NCBI GenBank assembly: GCA_043228905.1
Contig: JBHGNT010000001.1
Span: 10,602,001 to 10,666,000 of the forward strand
DNA from: Azolla caroliniana
Taxonomy: Eukaryota; Plantae; Polypodiophyta
Reading direction: 5' to 3'
Length of the DNA: 64,000 bases
Below, in pieces: positions 62,547-64,000 of this stretch. The notes beneath the pieces were generated by a model. The model searched no databases and had not been told where the DNA came from. It worked only from the letters and a program-made list of their open reading frames with translations. Position numbers and translations under genes: made by a program. How positions within the stretch are numbered: the stretch's first letter is position 1; every line of letters starts with the position of its first letter.

Positions 62547-64000
62547 TGTCGTGAAGAAAACCGTCCATAAGCGGAATCGGCGCACCAAGGCGTGGGAACC
62601 GGTTCTTCACGCCCGCACGCTCCAAGTTGTACATAGAAGCGAATTAGGAGGATAATCGGCAGGAACGGGCCCTAACACAAGTGGAGACAAAGACCGCGCG
62701 AACAGTCTTCTCGGTCGCGCGCGCGAGCTAAGGAACTGTACGAGTCGGCGGCGTAACTACGCGGATGCGTGAAGAACGGAGCGGATCCCTGTTCGAAAGG
62801 GACAGGGAATAAAGCTGACATGACGGCCTGCTCGTCGGCCTATATAAGGAGCTGGAAAGAGCGTTTGCAGGCATCTCGCGCAGAGAGGACGAAGTGCTGT
62901 CGGACCGTTTCTGGACGCTTCTCTCTCTGTTTCCTTCCTTCTTGAGCTCCATAGCTTTCTGTGCAGGGTCCCGAGGAGGCTCGCGCTGTTTCGAGGAACG
63001 CCCGAGTGCTTCCGGCAGCACCTCCGACCTGCTGCCCCTTTGTGCGTCGAAGCGAACAAGCATCGGCATCTGTTCGTCGGCCTGTTCGGTTGTAACCAAC
63101 CTGTGCCCCCATCGAGGGTTGTAGTCGTGTTAGCCATTTTTGTTAATATACATATTTAGTCATTCGCATCTGTCTGTGTCAGTGTCTGTTCGCGTTCTCC
63201 GTGCTGAAGGGCCGTGTCCCTGTGTATCCCCGGTCCTGCGTAGCCGGTTCTCTCTCTTTCTCCTCCCTCGCTTGCTCTTTGGTTCGAGACCCCCGCGGTC
63301 CCGCCTCGTTTCCACACGCACTTGCATAATATCTCGACATCTTTGGTGAACCCGACGTGAAGGAGGCGGCAGAAGAGCAGAAGATGAGGGGGTCGGATCT
63401 TGCAGAGGCCATGGCTTCGGCCGTGGATCTGATTGTATACGCGCGCGAGGGCACCGGTGCCCTCGACAGAGCTATTGAGGCGATCGTCGGCACGATCGGC
63501 CGGTTCGATGGGAAGGATGCCACGAAGTATTTGGCGTCGTACGGTGCAGAGATGCTGATGCGGGACATTCCGGAAGAAAGGCGTCTTGCCGGATTTCCCC
63601 GAGTGGCGATGCCGAGCATCCATGCGGAGGTGCTCGAGGTGCGGGCGGAGAGCCGTACCTGGGAGGAGTTCGAAGGTCGGCTCCTAGAGAAATACGGGCT
63701 GGACGACGCGCTCCGGCTTTCGAAGCGAAGGTTCATGGAATGGGTGGAGTCCCCGGGGAAGGGAAGAAACGCGTCGGCACTCCTCCGGGAGTTTGAGGAA
63801 AACTTTGCGCGCCTTTCGGCGCTCGACCGAACCATCCTGGACACGAGCCGGGTCTTGCTGTTTGTCAAGTCGGTCGACGAGCGGGATCGGGAGCAAGTGG
63901 GCCTCTTGCTGGAAACCGAAGACGGGCTCACTACCGACTGGGCGGCTGTCAAGAAAGTCTGTGGCCGTTTCGACAAACGGCGAGAATGGGCGGATAACGG
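62547..64000 (+). mobile_element. Trp-primed Gypsy copy C: 5' LTR (62547-63339), PBS (63344-63361), gag from 63384, running out of the window
   Basis: TGTCGTGAAGAAAACCG start, CGACA end, same PBS, and gag MRGSDLAEAM homologous to copies A and B. Confidence 0.92.

Noticed and set aside
56611-63976. Long antisense ORFs within the Gypsy (and Copia) elements
   Set aside because: Expected shadows of GC-rich coding frames; no recognisable domains

Overview
Eukaryotic land-plant genomic DNA, probably a fern or other seed-free vascular plant (inferred from the PLS-PPR remnant and the retroelement types). Three host genes were reconstructed by hand from GT-AG junctions: a GH27 alpha-galactosidase (AGAL3-like, 14 exons visible, 5' end outside the window), a small Sel1-like-repeat protein on the minus strand whose introns are built from tandem repeats, and a 5-exon pectin methylesterase without a PMEI pro-domain. 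There is also a decayed PPR pseudogene. About two thirds of the window is retroelement DNA in two nests. Nest 1 (17.2-24.9 kb) is LINE > short solo LTR > full Copia > Gypsy solo LTR. Nest 2 (40.9-64 kb) is a LINE carrying a Gypsy solo LTR and a full Copia, then Copia > chromovirus > three nested tRNA-Trp-primed Gypsy copies. The most interesting object is this Trp-primed Gypsy group. It has a candidate -1 frameshift signal (G GAT TTT, 6-nt spacer, predicted H-type pseudoknot) between protease and RT, 4-bp CG-centred target sites, and structurally conserved hairpins at both LTR ends. One related solo LTR also carries a tRNA-like A/B-box segment. The two full Copia elements appear to have exchanged capsid domains. 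All alignments were done by eye and no database searches were run.
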